Positions 1 to 11,853 of a stretch of 64,000 nucleotides of DNA are shown here, one piece after another. The stretch is from Azolla caroliniana (lineage: Eukaryota; Plantae; Polypodiophyta), in assembly GCA_043228905.1 (NCBI GenBank), contig JBHGNT010000001.1, positions 13,950,001 to 14,014,000 of the forward strand, read 5' to 3'. Every line of letters begins with the position of its first letter. The stretch's first letter is position 1. The notes below the pieces were generated by a model, which saw only the letters and a program-made list of their open reading frames with translations, did not search any database and had not been told where the DNA came from. Position numbers and translations under genes: made by a program.

Positions 1-1795
1 TCCAAACATTGCACTCTTGCAATGACAAAGCAAAATCAAGAAAGGCAGATTTAAGAATGTGCTCTTTCTCCCAAGTGGCATCATGCACAATTTGATCCAA
101 CCATTTAATTTTGAATTCTTCGATTTCTTTAGATCTCAAATGTTTGGTTCGAGCATCAAGAAGTTTTTCTAATGAATTTCAATATGTTTTATGGTTGATA
201 TGCTGTTAGAACCAATAGTTTCTTTTAGGCAACTAACATGAAAAATACGACAAATGTGAATACCATCATGAAGATCATTTAAGATTGTATATTAAAGTTA
301 AAAAAAATCAATTAATGAAGATTTGATGAAAGATACATAATAATTGATTAAAAGTATTTATAATCATTGTTTAGAATTGTAATGTCTAAGGATTAGAAAC
401 ACACTGAAACATTGATAAGATTGTTCGTCTTGAGATATTCGGCAAAACTTTGAAATATCAAAAGTTTTAAAGACATATTAATCAAATGATTTCCAAATCA
501 TTATCAAAGTGCTAAAAACTCAAGATCAAAAGAGAAAAAAAGAAGAATACTGATTTTTTTCTTCGTAGTTCTTAGACAAACACAGAATCTCGTTAATTGC
601 TCCAAAAAATACAATAAAAGAGGAAAAAAATCATTAGTATAGCCTTGATAGCAGTTATTACGAGTTGAATAATGATAATCAGTATAATAAGAGATTTAGG
701 AAAAGAATAGACACTAGCCTTGCATAGCGGATCCAAAGAAAAGAGCTTAGCCTCACCAGTAGAGTCTTGACAATGTCTCAAGATGTCATAATAAAGGGGG
801 TAGTTAGTCCCCTTAATATAGCCCAACACCTAAGGCTCCTAGACCACCACATGTTCCCATGTGTCATATGCCCATATATAGGTCTGTCCCAAGTCCTAGG
901 ATAACTGGTTCCCCTAAGCCTTTAAAACTAGCTTTAGAATTGGTCCTTAAGGTTATGTCTATAACAATTTACCAAGAGTATATGAGATGTATTCTATACC
1001 ATCAAGAATATGATAAACTAAGTAATTTTTGAAGAAGACTATTATGCCATCTGGATGAGGAAACGCGTATTGAATCCTGGAAGTTCTGAAATGGCGACAA
1101 TACCAAGATGCACACCTTGGAGGCTAGACTCACATAGTATGACCATGTAACCATGTTTCTCATGCACTCATCAGATAGATGCACGCACCATTTCAATAAA
1201 GCATTTCCTACATTTATATCTAGGGGCCTGAATAATCAACATTTGGATTCCAGGGAACCTAGATGACTATCAAGGGATATTGTGAGGCAGGCCCCTTATG
1301 TTAGAGATTGAAATATCACCATGCATGAGAAAAGAACTATATGATACGCTAGTTTACACTAGGGATGTATCATGAGCTTTGACATGTTGATGAAAATTGT
1401 ATGTTGAAATCTAGACTATACCCAAAAGTCTGGGGAATCACATAGCTGCAGCAAGTCTTATACTCATGTCAGTCTAAAGTTACAATTATTGATTCATGAG
1501 TCATAACAAAATTCATGAACAGTTATAGCTTAATAAGATGAATAGGCCTCACTTATGGGGAAGTGAAACAGAACTTTAGGAATTATTATAAATGCCTTAC
1601 ATGCCCTAGTTTTCATTATGCTTGATACAGCTATATGCTGTTTTCAATGTGCTTCTATACTCAATGAAACACTATTTTTATAGCACATCAGTTTCTGACA
1701 TTTCTCACATCAATGTATAAGGCACTAATAGATAAAAGCTGAAACCTAATTAAGTATTTGAGAAAGTCAAATTCTTACATTGTGCACCATTTCAG

Positions 1796-4628
1796 ATTAT
1801 GGATGACGAAGTAGATGAGCTACAGAAATCTTTAAAAAAGTTGACATTGACTAATGATGCTGTATGGGAACGAGAAAAGAGTCGGCCAGCAGTTGAAGCA
1901 CCATGGTGGATACTCGGTCCATATTATGCTCTCTGTCTTGTACTGTTCCTTAATCCCTAATGTTGTTTGTTGAGTGATAGATATTAAGTTATCATATTGT
2001 AATATTTTTCATAAAGTACATTGTCTTATTGTTTAACCAAGATAATCTAACATGTGAATTCTCTTCAGATGCTAGATGTTATCTTCAAAGACAGACCAAT
2101 TCAAAGATTTTGGTTTTTGGAGACTGTTGCACGGATGCCATACTTCTCGTATCCTTCTTGAAATTGTTGATAAGGATGCAGTCAAGGTCATGAACTACAG
2201 GGGTCAATGTGAATATGCATTTATATATGCATGTGTATATTTATATTTATATATTTGTGTGTATAATTGTATTTGTAGAAGAGAAAATGAAGTTAGATAT
2301 ATCATATGTAAAATATAGCCTTTGTTTTACTTGTATTGAGGGGTTAACTATTTTCTTATCATCTGTATATATCGTTGCTAATATTGTATCTCCTGATCAT
2401 TGTGAATTGCTTTGATGTTTTGCATCTTATATTTACTACCAAGTGTATATGGATGGAAAGACTTGTGTGAAAAGTCTTTCACGCTGCATGAAAATTTTCT
2501 TAGCTACTTTTCCAGATATATCTCTATGCTTCACTTGTATGAGACCCTTGGATGGTAAGTCTGCTATTTTTTGTCTGTGAAAGCTGTTTTTGTGGGATAA
2601 TTTACTTGGATGGTTATGCATAGGTGGCGTGTTGGTGCTGAAGTACGCAAAGTCCATTTTGCGGAGGTATGGATTTTGTGTTTAATTTGTTTCCTTAAAT
2701 TATTTAACATTTATGGACATAGTTTTAAATTTACTCAATGAAAATTTTATGTAAAAGGAATGGAATGAAATGCATCATCTGAAAATAATGGAATCGCTAG
2801 GAGGTGATCTGGAATGGGGCGATCGATTTTTCGCACAGCATGCAGCCTTTTTCTACTATTGGGTATTTCCATTTAGGAATTTGAATCATGTATTTTTCCC
2901 ATGAGTTTCTGAATCTGAGAATTTACATACCAGTGCAGATTTTAAATTTGATGTTCCTTATATCTCCAAAGGTTGCATACAACTTCTCTGAGCTCATTGA
3001 ATTTCACGCAGGTGATGCATCTAGATCCCCTCTGTTTCTGCTAAAAGGAATTTATAGTATGTCTGGTGTATATGGGTGGTTTTTTAAACTTTAATGGGTT
3101 TAAGAAGGTCATATCAACATAATTGTGAGTCTTGTGTATGAAATCATTCACTATCCACGGAATTGATGTTTTGACTGATGCGCATGACAGTTGATACATA
3201 TAGTCAGTTTGTTGATGAGAATGAAGAGCTTCTCAAATCTCTGCCCCCTCCACCTGTTGCAGTCGACTACTATGAAAGTGAAGACCTGTACATGTAAGTT
3301 TTAGCATCCTGAATACGGAAATAGTGATATATACTTTTAATAGTGTTTCTTTGCTTACCTGTATCTGATGTGCATAAAACACTTGCACTGCAGTCATTCA
3401 TGAAGATATTTGCCTAACATTTTTTTCTGACAATGCTTGATGCACTCAGTATGACCATGCTTCATTTTTCATCTCCTTAGAGGGATTCTTAAGGTGCCAT
3501 GTTTGATTATCCTGAAAATACTTTTATAATAATGTGGTTGTTGTTGAGCTCTATATTGTAAGAGCTATTTTTTGCATAGCTAGTTGATCGACTAGATAGT
3601 ATTGTCGCTTTGTTAGGTTGGGGCTTCAGATTCTTGTTAGTTAAACAGTTTCTTTTTGCAAAATATGGATATCAATTAGTTATATTGGGAGCTTAGCTCA
3701 TTATTGAAATACCAGCAAAGCAGCTAAAATAGCTGCTTTGCCAGTATTATATCGTAAGTAAAATAGAGTTTAAATCTGATTCAAATAGAGAACAAATCAG
3801 ACATCATTGTCCTGAAAGCACAACTAGAAACTTGCATTTACCTGCTGATACCTAAATTTCAGATTTACATCTGACAAAATTAACTTCTAATTAATGGAAA
3901 ACCCTTTCAAATTAGACCTGCAACGGGAACTTCAGTCTCTAAAGGGCAACAAAAGTAGTAGTACCTATCCACAAACAACAAAATCAGAATATTTAACGGA
4001 CGTGCTCACACAATTCATATAGCCTAAGGATAGTGTAACACGATGAGAACAGAGTTTGTGAACAGGAAATCATCTGAGCGTACAAAACGTAATCAAAATG
4101 TGATAAGCTCCGTTCCTTTTTTACTTGGTTTTCTATGTGAAGCAGATTTATGACAGAAAGTTCTTTCTTGTTCATTATTTCTGCCAGAGTTTTGTTGTGA
4201 AGCATGATTTTCATGTAAAAAAGGTCATGATAAGTTTGTGTAATGTTTGAAAGTGTGATTCTGTGTGGATGTTTGGAAATATTCATCATGCAGCTCAAGA
4301 ATACTGCTTCTTGTCTGAGTGATCCCGTGTCACGATGTTTCTGTAGGTATGATGAATTTCAAACAAGTCGGCTGCCTGAAACGCGGAGGCCAAAAATCAA
4401 TAGCCTTTATGATGTATTCAACGCAATAGCAGTAAGTTAACTTTGTTGTATGTACTATATACACATGGTTCAAATCATGGCTTGTTGTCTTATTTGGTTA
4501 ACGATTGAATTTTGGATTAGGGGGACGAGTATGAACATGTAAAGACCATGATAGCATGCCAACAGCTAGACACGCTTGTTGTTAGTCCACACAATCCAAA
4601 GAGCAGAGGAGAAAAATTGCGGCCTTGA
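1796..4628 (+). CDS. PTOX: Plastid terminal oxidase (AOX/PTOX di-iron carboxylate family), 5'-partial, 9 exons visible
   Basis: GT-AG exons 1796-1939, 2069-2148, 2516-2554, 2624-2666, 2758-2862, 2939-3011, 3191-3293, 4347-4431 and 4521-4628 join in frame. Product includes [62 protein letters not shown]...LIEFHAVDTY...[10 protein letters not shown]..., ending at TGA. Iron ligands E/ExxH/E/ExxH are present. Transit-peptide exon(s) not found. Confidence 0.93.
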
Positions 4629-5599
4629 GTTTTCTACGCAACTCTTGAATTTGTAAATATATATAGCAAGAGACATTAATACATCAATTAAGATTGAGCT
4701 AAAACATACGTGATTAACTGTAACATATCATTCATTATTGATTGAACTATCAAGAGTTATTATTTGTTCTCCTGGTTTTTGTGTTGATTTTTAATTTCAG
4801 CCATAATGTTCATCTCTTTGAGAATGCTGCATATTCATCAGATTCAGGATTAAAATTATTGTTCCTCCTATTTCTGAGATAAAATCTTTTAATGGGTCAG
4901 CATAAAATCCAAAGTTGCAAAGTTTGCCAACATAAAAGTTTTTTCGAGAGGGCAATCTACTTTCTCTCATCAGTGGGATGGAGATCATTGCTAATGGTTT
5001 GATCATATAGGTCATACTTACGATATAATACTGTCAAATATTTAGGAAGCTTACAATTCATGATAAGGTTGATGAAGTTATGGAGTTCAAATGTGACCAA
5101 ATGGAATCAAATTTGAAGATTCTATACATAGTATGTGGGAAATTGTGTAGTGATAGTCATCCTTCAAGAATTTTACTAATTGCAATCAAGAGTGCATATT
5201 GTGATTGTGAAAGGAAAATAATTTTGAGCCAGATTGATGATTTTGAAAAGGAGACTCAAATGTGGTTGAATGCAATGAATAGTCTCCTCATTTATGTCCC
5301 AATGGCACATCCCCAATCTTGCAATGCATGTATCCTTGAGTGTAGTTTTCCCATTTAGAGAAGAAAGTGGTTTTGTAATTTGGTGCAACATGTGTTATAA
5401 TGAGATTGGCATTGAAAAATGTCAAACGCCTTCTTCATATCTTGCATCCATTTGGAACTCAAAATATTATTTTTGAGAGCCTTTTGAATCTTTTCACTTG
5501 CCTGCTTGTTTTAGGAGGTAGATGTGGTTTTTAAACCTCACTTATTGATGTGGTTGATCTAAATGGGGAGTGACATGGTCTCAACAAGTAGGGCCCTAT

Positions 5600-6480
5600 A
5601 TGACCCTTGCATAACCCAACTTGAAGAAACTTCATAATAAGCAATTTTTAACATTTTCAAACTCATTCTAAATTGACACAGGTTATCGTACCGTACTTCC
5701 ATGTCTAAAAGCATTGGTGCTATTAAGTAAGATCAACTCTTAATTTCTCCACCATTGTATATGTTCTCCAATGCATAGTAAGACTGTTTTTTTGGTTCAA
5801 AGCAATGTGTAGCACATTCATTCCATGCATGATTGGGAGGAAGCCTCAAACTCGAGATGTTCTAAAGCTTATTGTGGTTTCAAACGGTTCATTATGGTAT
5901 ACAATGTACGGTTTTAATTTATTTTGAGTCTTCACAAGCATAACCTTCCTTAAAGAGTTATCAACACAACTTAGAGTACATATAACAAAAGCATGATAAC
6001 TGCATTCTAATGGTAACTTCTTTAATGCCTTCTAGTTGTACGAACTAGTAGACTATTCTTTCTGATTCATTGATGCATAAGCAAAAGAGAGTTGGTTAGA
6101 GCAAGCTTTCTTTCTTAACACCAATAGTGCTAATAATAAAAGCTTAAACTATAACATGAAATATATCTTCTTATGCATTAACGAAATTACAAGCAAATAT
6201 TCACTAGTATACAATTCTTCCATTCATCTCAAAAGATACTCAAAGGGCACCATATCAAAAGCTTTCTTAAAGTGTACAAAAGCAACAATACAGTCTTTTA
6301 GCTTTGAAATCACCTTCCTATATTAGCACTTGAAGAGGTACAATGTAATTGATTAATGGCACAATGTTGTTTTGAAAATTAGCTTATCAACAAGCCTTCT
6401 TACCATTTTACAGCCCATGCACTTTACTTAGCTTCCATTGCACATCCAAATAGCTTTAAGATAAGATAACTACTCCAACC
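5600..6480 (-). mobile_element. Highly decayed LINE reverse-transcriptase remnant (possibly RTE-like)
   Basis: Minus strand near 6235-6300 reads ...IVAFVHFKKAFDMVP, resembling the LINE RT motif FVDFxKAFD. Many stops; boundaries approximate. Confidence 0.4.
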
Positions 6481-6589
6481 ATAATTGATTCATAGTTATG
6501 TACATTATTTTTGTCAACTCCTATGCTAAGGTTTATCAAATTTTTGCTCCAATCATGAGGCATGCCACTTATTCATGTGCTTCTCTTCT

Positions 6590-7650
6590 CATCCATTTGG
6601 GCATTTATCTTCGTAATTTTATGATTTCTTACCTTGCCAGTGGCCAATTTCTTAACCTTTATGCATACTTATTCATTGATAAAGGAGGACTAGTGTGAAA
6701 GAGAACCGTTATACATAATCTTTGCTCAAATAGATCACGTAATTTCTTTGAATGGATCACAACTCCATAAGAGTTGAAGTAACTATAATTCTCAACATAT
6801 TTTGTATACACTTCTGATGATTTCCTCTTCTTTTACTACATCTAACGTTACAAGTACTTTCAAGCTTCATGACATTCCTTACAAACTATTTTTCCCTTGA
6901 ACTTTATTTATTGGTGCACCAATAGCAAAACCAAAAACTATTGTCATCCATAAAAAATTTGAATTCTACTATCGCACTACTTTAAAACTTCATTTTTTGT
7001 ATGTCATGTTTAAATGCAGAGTCGAACATATCACTTGACCACTTGAGCATTTCAATCATCATACCTTGATGATTAATTACCTTGCAAATGGCCAATTTCT
7101 TAAACCTTATTCATGTATGCTCATTAATAAAGAAGGAACACTTGTGTGAAAGAGAACCATAATACATAATCCTTATATATCATGAAAGTTTTTACAATAA
7201 TGGATACCTAGTCCATAAGAGTTAAGTCACCATAGTTCTCAACATGTTTCCCCTTGTTTCTCTTTCTTTGAATAAGTCTTTTGTATACATCAATATAAGT
7301 GATGCCACATTTAAATGCATAGTGAAACATATTACTTATCCAAACATGTGCTTCCTTTCTCGATCATTTGAGCATTTCAATCTCATACCTTGATGATTTC
7401 TTACCTCACAAGTGGCCAATTGTTTAAGCCTTACACATACATGGTCACTGCTAAAGTCGGACGAGGATAAGAAGGAACTGAGCATTTCAATATTCATACC
7501 TTGTTTATTTCTGACCTTGCAAGTTGTCAACAATAAGGAATTGTGTGAAAGAGAACCATAAGACATAAACCTTCACTAAAACATATCATGAAAGCTCTTA
7601 CAATGGATATAAGAGTTACAGTTACCATTATTCTCAACATGTTCACATAT
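6590..7650. repeat. Diverged tandem/dispersed repeat, 3-4 partial copies
   Basis: Motif tgtgaaagagaacc...acataa at ~6694, ~7145 and ~7544. Motif gcattt...cata-ccttgatgatt...accttgc-a-tggccaatt recurs at ~6600, ~7045, ~7370 and ~7480. Confidence 0.7.
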
Positions 7651-7659
7651 ACACGTATC

Positions 7660-8078
7660 TAACAATCGGCAATGGTTCGGTTCAGTTTGAGAGGGTCCAA
7701 ACCAAACCGTTTAAATTTTTTGAAACCTAAACCAAACCAAACCACAAAACCGTATAATTTTCAAACCGAAAAACCCACGGTTTCATGGTTCGGTTTCGGT
7801 TTTCAACATAGGTCAACTTTTTAATTTTTAACTTTTAATTTTTTTAATTTGTAAATTTCATTATTTTAATTTTTTTAAATTTTTAAGATGTTCCTAAAAT
7901 GTGAGAATAAGGTCTAAAAATAAAAAGATTGTTTAAAAACAATTTTTAAAATATTTTAAATTTTTTCTAAATTTAATAAAAATCACTGACTGTTGAAACC
8001 GAACCATTTTAAAAAACCTGAACCTGAACCAAACCGTTGAAGCGGTTAAGCCGCAGTTCGGCCCGTTGCCGATTGTTA
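7660..8078. mobile_element. hAT-type MITE (419 bp)
   Basis: TIR TAACAATCGGCAA(T/C)GG at both ends. 8-bp TSD cacgtatc (7652-7659) / cacgtctc (8079-8086). Subterminal ggttcggtt/aaccgaacc repeats and an AT-rich core. Confidence 0.88.
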
Positions 8079-8160
8079 CACGTCTCCACAAATTACCATA
8101 ATTCTCATATCCTTCCATATATTGGTCAGTGACTAAAGAGAGTTGTTTAGCCTTTAAATT

Positions 8161-8965
8161 CTAACCTTACTACATTGTATGGATCATTTTCATTGGGGCA
8201 AAAACGGGTGTTAATTGAAAGCGCAGCACACTGCTGCTAACTGTGATTCAGAATACAATATTGCATTGCATGCATGGGTCTACCAACCACTACAGGGTCC
8301 TATAACATACAACTGATTACGAATTGTGCAAAACTGAATAACTCTTAACTCAAAACATTCTATGGATTGATCTCATTGAAGCAAAAGAGGATGTTAATTG
8401 AAAAAAGCACATCTTATGTGAAAGCACAATACAAACAGCTGCTAACCGTACGCAGAATTCAATAATGCATGCATGATGAGTCTTCCCCACCCACTCAAAC
8501 CTTTCTACATTCGATTAATATCAACTCTCCAATTCACATAAAACAAAATAATGCCAACCTTTCTACATTCTATGGACCGGCCTCATTGAAGCTAAAATGG
8601 ATCTTAATTGAAATAAGCACATCTTATGCGAAAGCACAACACACTTAGCTGCTAACTACGATGCATGATTCAATAAAGCATGCATGATTGGTCTTATAAC
8701 TCACGACAAGGGCCTACCACACACCCAACTGATAGACCCTACGAATTTCACAAAACCAAATAATCCCAGCCTTACTACATCCTACGGATTGGGGTCTTGT
8801 TGACGCAAAAGAGGATCTTAATTGAAATAAGCACATCTTACATAAAAGCACAACACATTGCACCACTAACTGCAATGCCAACTACAGTACTGTATGCATA
8901 TGTCTTACCACTCACAACAATGGCCTACCATACATCCAACTGATCTTGACCCCAAATTTACGCAA
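8161..8965. repeat. Four diverged ~200-bp tandem units downstream of RPL39
   Basis: Units start at ~8161, ~8345, ~8555 and ~8767. Shared blocks: tacattctatgga, gcaaaagaggat-ttaattgaaa(taagcacatctta), ctgctaac, tgcatg. caactgat is present in three units. Confidence 0.8.
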
Positions 8966-9423
8966 ATTGGATACAGCCACTGTAATTTCAACATAAATAC
9001 GTGAATTTTGCAACTTGAAAATATCACAAAAGCTCAAGCCATTCTAGATATTGAATCAAATAAGACAAAGTGAATGCTAATTTAAACAGTTATTTGAAAG
9101 CTAACTGCTATATAAATTGAGAATATACATATTCAGGGCGAATTAAATGCACATAATATCACTGCAATATAGAACACTATCTATGAAAGAAATCACTCAG
9201 CTTTGAACTTCAAAAACTCATTTAACTCCAGAAAACATCAGCACTGTTCCAAGTGAAGTTTTTCAAGCATCAACAAAAGCCAATCCAGCCCAATAGAATG
9301 AGAGGAGAAAATGTTTGGAATTGATACTAAGAAAAATAACTGGAAGACAAGTTCCTCAAGTGCCAACAAAAGCCGATACATATTCAGAAAAAAAAATATC
9401 CCAGCCAATTCCAGGGAAAAGAC

Positions 9424-10088
9424 CTAAAGCCCGAGCTTAGTCCTGCGCCAGTGCCTTCTCTTAGCATTATACCTGATTTAGGTCAAGATTATGTAAGAAA
9501 CAATTCTCGCAAGGAAGAGCAAAGTTGAGCTTCAAAAATCAAACACACAGAACATGCATGCCATAGAAAAAAGAGATCATACATAAAGAAAACTAACAAG
9601 AGAGATCACATATATAAAGCACAATATAGAGATCAATCATCCTGTACAACAAAATTAAAACCCACAATACCAATTTAATACCACAGAAATGGACAATACA
9701 GGAAAAATGAGCAGAATCCGTTACAAAGATAGAAACATATAAATGCAGGTGTGTGTGTGTGTGTATACGGAAAAATACTGTACTTATGTATTACCTGATG
9801 GTATTATCAGTCCGCATTCGAATCCAGTGAGGGATAGGCCTATTCTGTTTCTGCTTCTTCGCAAGCTTTTTCTTGATGATGAAGGTCTTGTGAGAAGGCT
9901 GGAAGAAAAACAGAGTGAGAACAAGAACGAAAAACAAAACAAGTGTAAAGCAGAAACAAAATCAGAAGAAGAACTCTAAGATTGACAAAACGACAACAAA
10001 TTCTTCTTCTCAAAACCTAACAATGAATCACCGAATAACGAAGCTAAGAGATCTCTGATTTGTTGGGGAAAAGAAAATACGATACCAT
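9424..10088 (-). CDS. RPL39: 60S ribosomal protein eL39 (51 aa), 3 coding exons
   Basis: Exons 10086-10088 (ATG only), 9795-9898 and 9424-9472, with GT-AG introns, give [51 protein letters not shown]. Confidence 0.97.
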
Positions 10089-10158
10089 TTTGGTTCGTTC
10101 GACCAGATATGAAAGAAGCAGAAGAAGAAGAAGAAGAAGGAAGGGGAGAGTGATGAGG

Positions 10159-10236
10159 AACCCTAAAATGCATGAATCCTGTGTTGGGCGAATTTACAAA
10201 CATAGGCTTCTTGTTATTATACTCTCTACAGGCCCA
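10159..10236 (-). promoter_or_regulatory. RPL39 promoter: telo-box-like element and site II (TCP) motif
   Basis: AACCCTAA at 10159-10166 and GGCCCA (TGGGCC on minus) at 10231-10236. This pair is typical of plant ribosomal-protein promoters. A pyrimidine-rich (CTT)n leader lies at ~10113-10150. Confidence 0.6.
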
Positions 10237-11853
10237 GGTTGCATGGCCTACTACCTAGCCTAGCCTAGCATTGGCAGGCGGCTGCACCCGGGGATATTGT
10301 CTGTTGTCGAACAGGTTCTCCCGCAAGCGGGCGCTCCTTGTCCTTTGCCTTACATACATATGGGTGAACACGAAGATTACATAAATGAAGCGACATTGGG
10401 GTGTCGAAGCTCGCGTTTTAGGACATTATAATCAAAGTCTTCCCTGATCCACTTGCTAGAAACGCCCTCTTGCTCCAAGTTCTTGTGTTGTAGAATATTG
10501 TGGCCAAGCTTCGACAAACAATGGAAATATTGAAACATTACCTTTTGGAGTTTTCCGTCGTCCTAGTTCTGCTGGATCCCACGTCAAGTTCTTCAGGCAT
10601 GTATCCTCTAAGATCTAGATTTTAAAAGCTACATCGTTTTTGCATCTCTCTAGGTCTACTTCCCATTGTTTTTTGGATCCACTAACCACTCTAATCGGCA
10701 TCAATTCTTGAAATTCCACCCTTGTATTGGAGCTCTCAGCATATGCATTAACTCGTTGAATGTCCTAAATAACCCCTATGGCATTGAAGTGCCCCAATCG
10801 TTTACATCCCTGAAAGCCACGTTCTGCCACATGAGCTTCCCAAGGATACATCCATAGAATTTTTTATGAGTGTAACCATTTTTTCTTGCCACTTTCCATT
10901 ATGTTACTAATTTCATGTTGGTGTTCCTACCACTTAGCCATTGTGGGCCGGCGTTGCTTTTCTAAATCTGCCTAAGGAAATCCCACATCCATTCCTAGCA
11001 TTCAGGCGTTAACATCTGTAATGTTGGGATTCCATGGAAGAGGTTGGCGAGCCCACTCCATGGGAGAGGATGGCTGCCTCTAATGTATTTCCTCCCTAAG
11101 AACCTTCCAAGCATGATGGAGAGCATCATATGGTCTTCAGGCGCTTTGGAAGATTTGAGCTTCATTTCTTGTACAAAAAGCCATATGTTTGTTGGCAACC
11201 AGTTGCCTCCCATTTTAGGAGACCACATATCAAATCTACAGACTACACCTCATCAATAGTCCCCCCTCTTTCTTGCATCATGTTATCTTCTTCCATGCAA
11301 CTTTGGTGCCCACTTTACCCTCTAATTTGCTTGCCCATAGAAATATGCAAATATCAGATTTTATACCAGTTATACGTTTCTTGTCAAAGATCGAACATGA
11401 CAGTGTATGCCACATGGTTGCAAGCAATATCTTATTTGCTATGAGTACTCTTCCCGCTAGTGAGAGTTGAGCAGAATTCTGATATTTCAACTTATTTCTT
11501 ATTGAGCATTGTAGCCCCTCAAGTTGCATACTCTTCGGAAATACGAGTTATCACATGGCATCGAGTTTTGGAAAAATAATAGATTTAGGTACAAACTGTA
11601 GAGGAGGTGCATGTGGGATATCCAAAAACCTAAGTAATTGGTTGCCACTTTTTCTTGCAGCCAGCAAAAGGAAGGATGTGAATACCACTTTGGTTGCTGG
11701 CCTCCAATCCACAACCCTTGGACTTGTGCCAATTTATCTTGCCCCCTGAAACTCTGAAAAAACTCTTAATCAGATTTTCACATCTATAGAGGTTTTCTTG
11801 CATCCCATTGACAAACAACATCGTATCATCAGCGAAGCCTGATATAATCAACT

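Noticed and set aside
1-1790. Short ORFs upstream of PTOX as candidate first exons
   Set aside because: No transit-peptide-like exon with suitable splice sites could be identified; probably intron or TE debris.
8470-8735. Possible C/D snoRNAs in the tandem units
   Set aside because: Box C (TGATGA) is in only one unit, which lacks the shared CTGA, and no clear rRNA guide was recognised.
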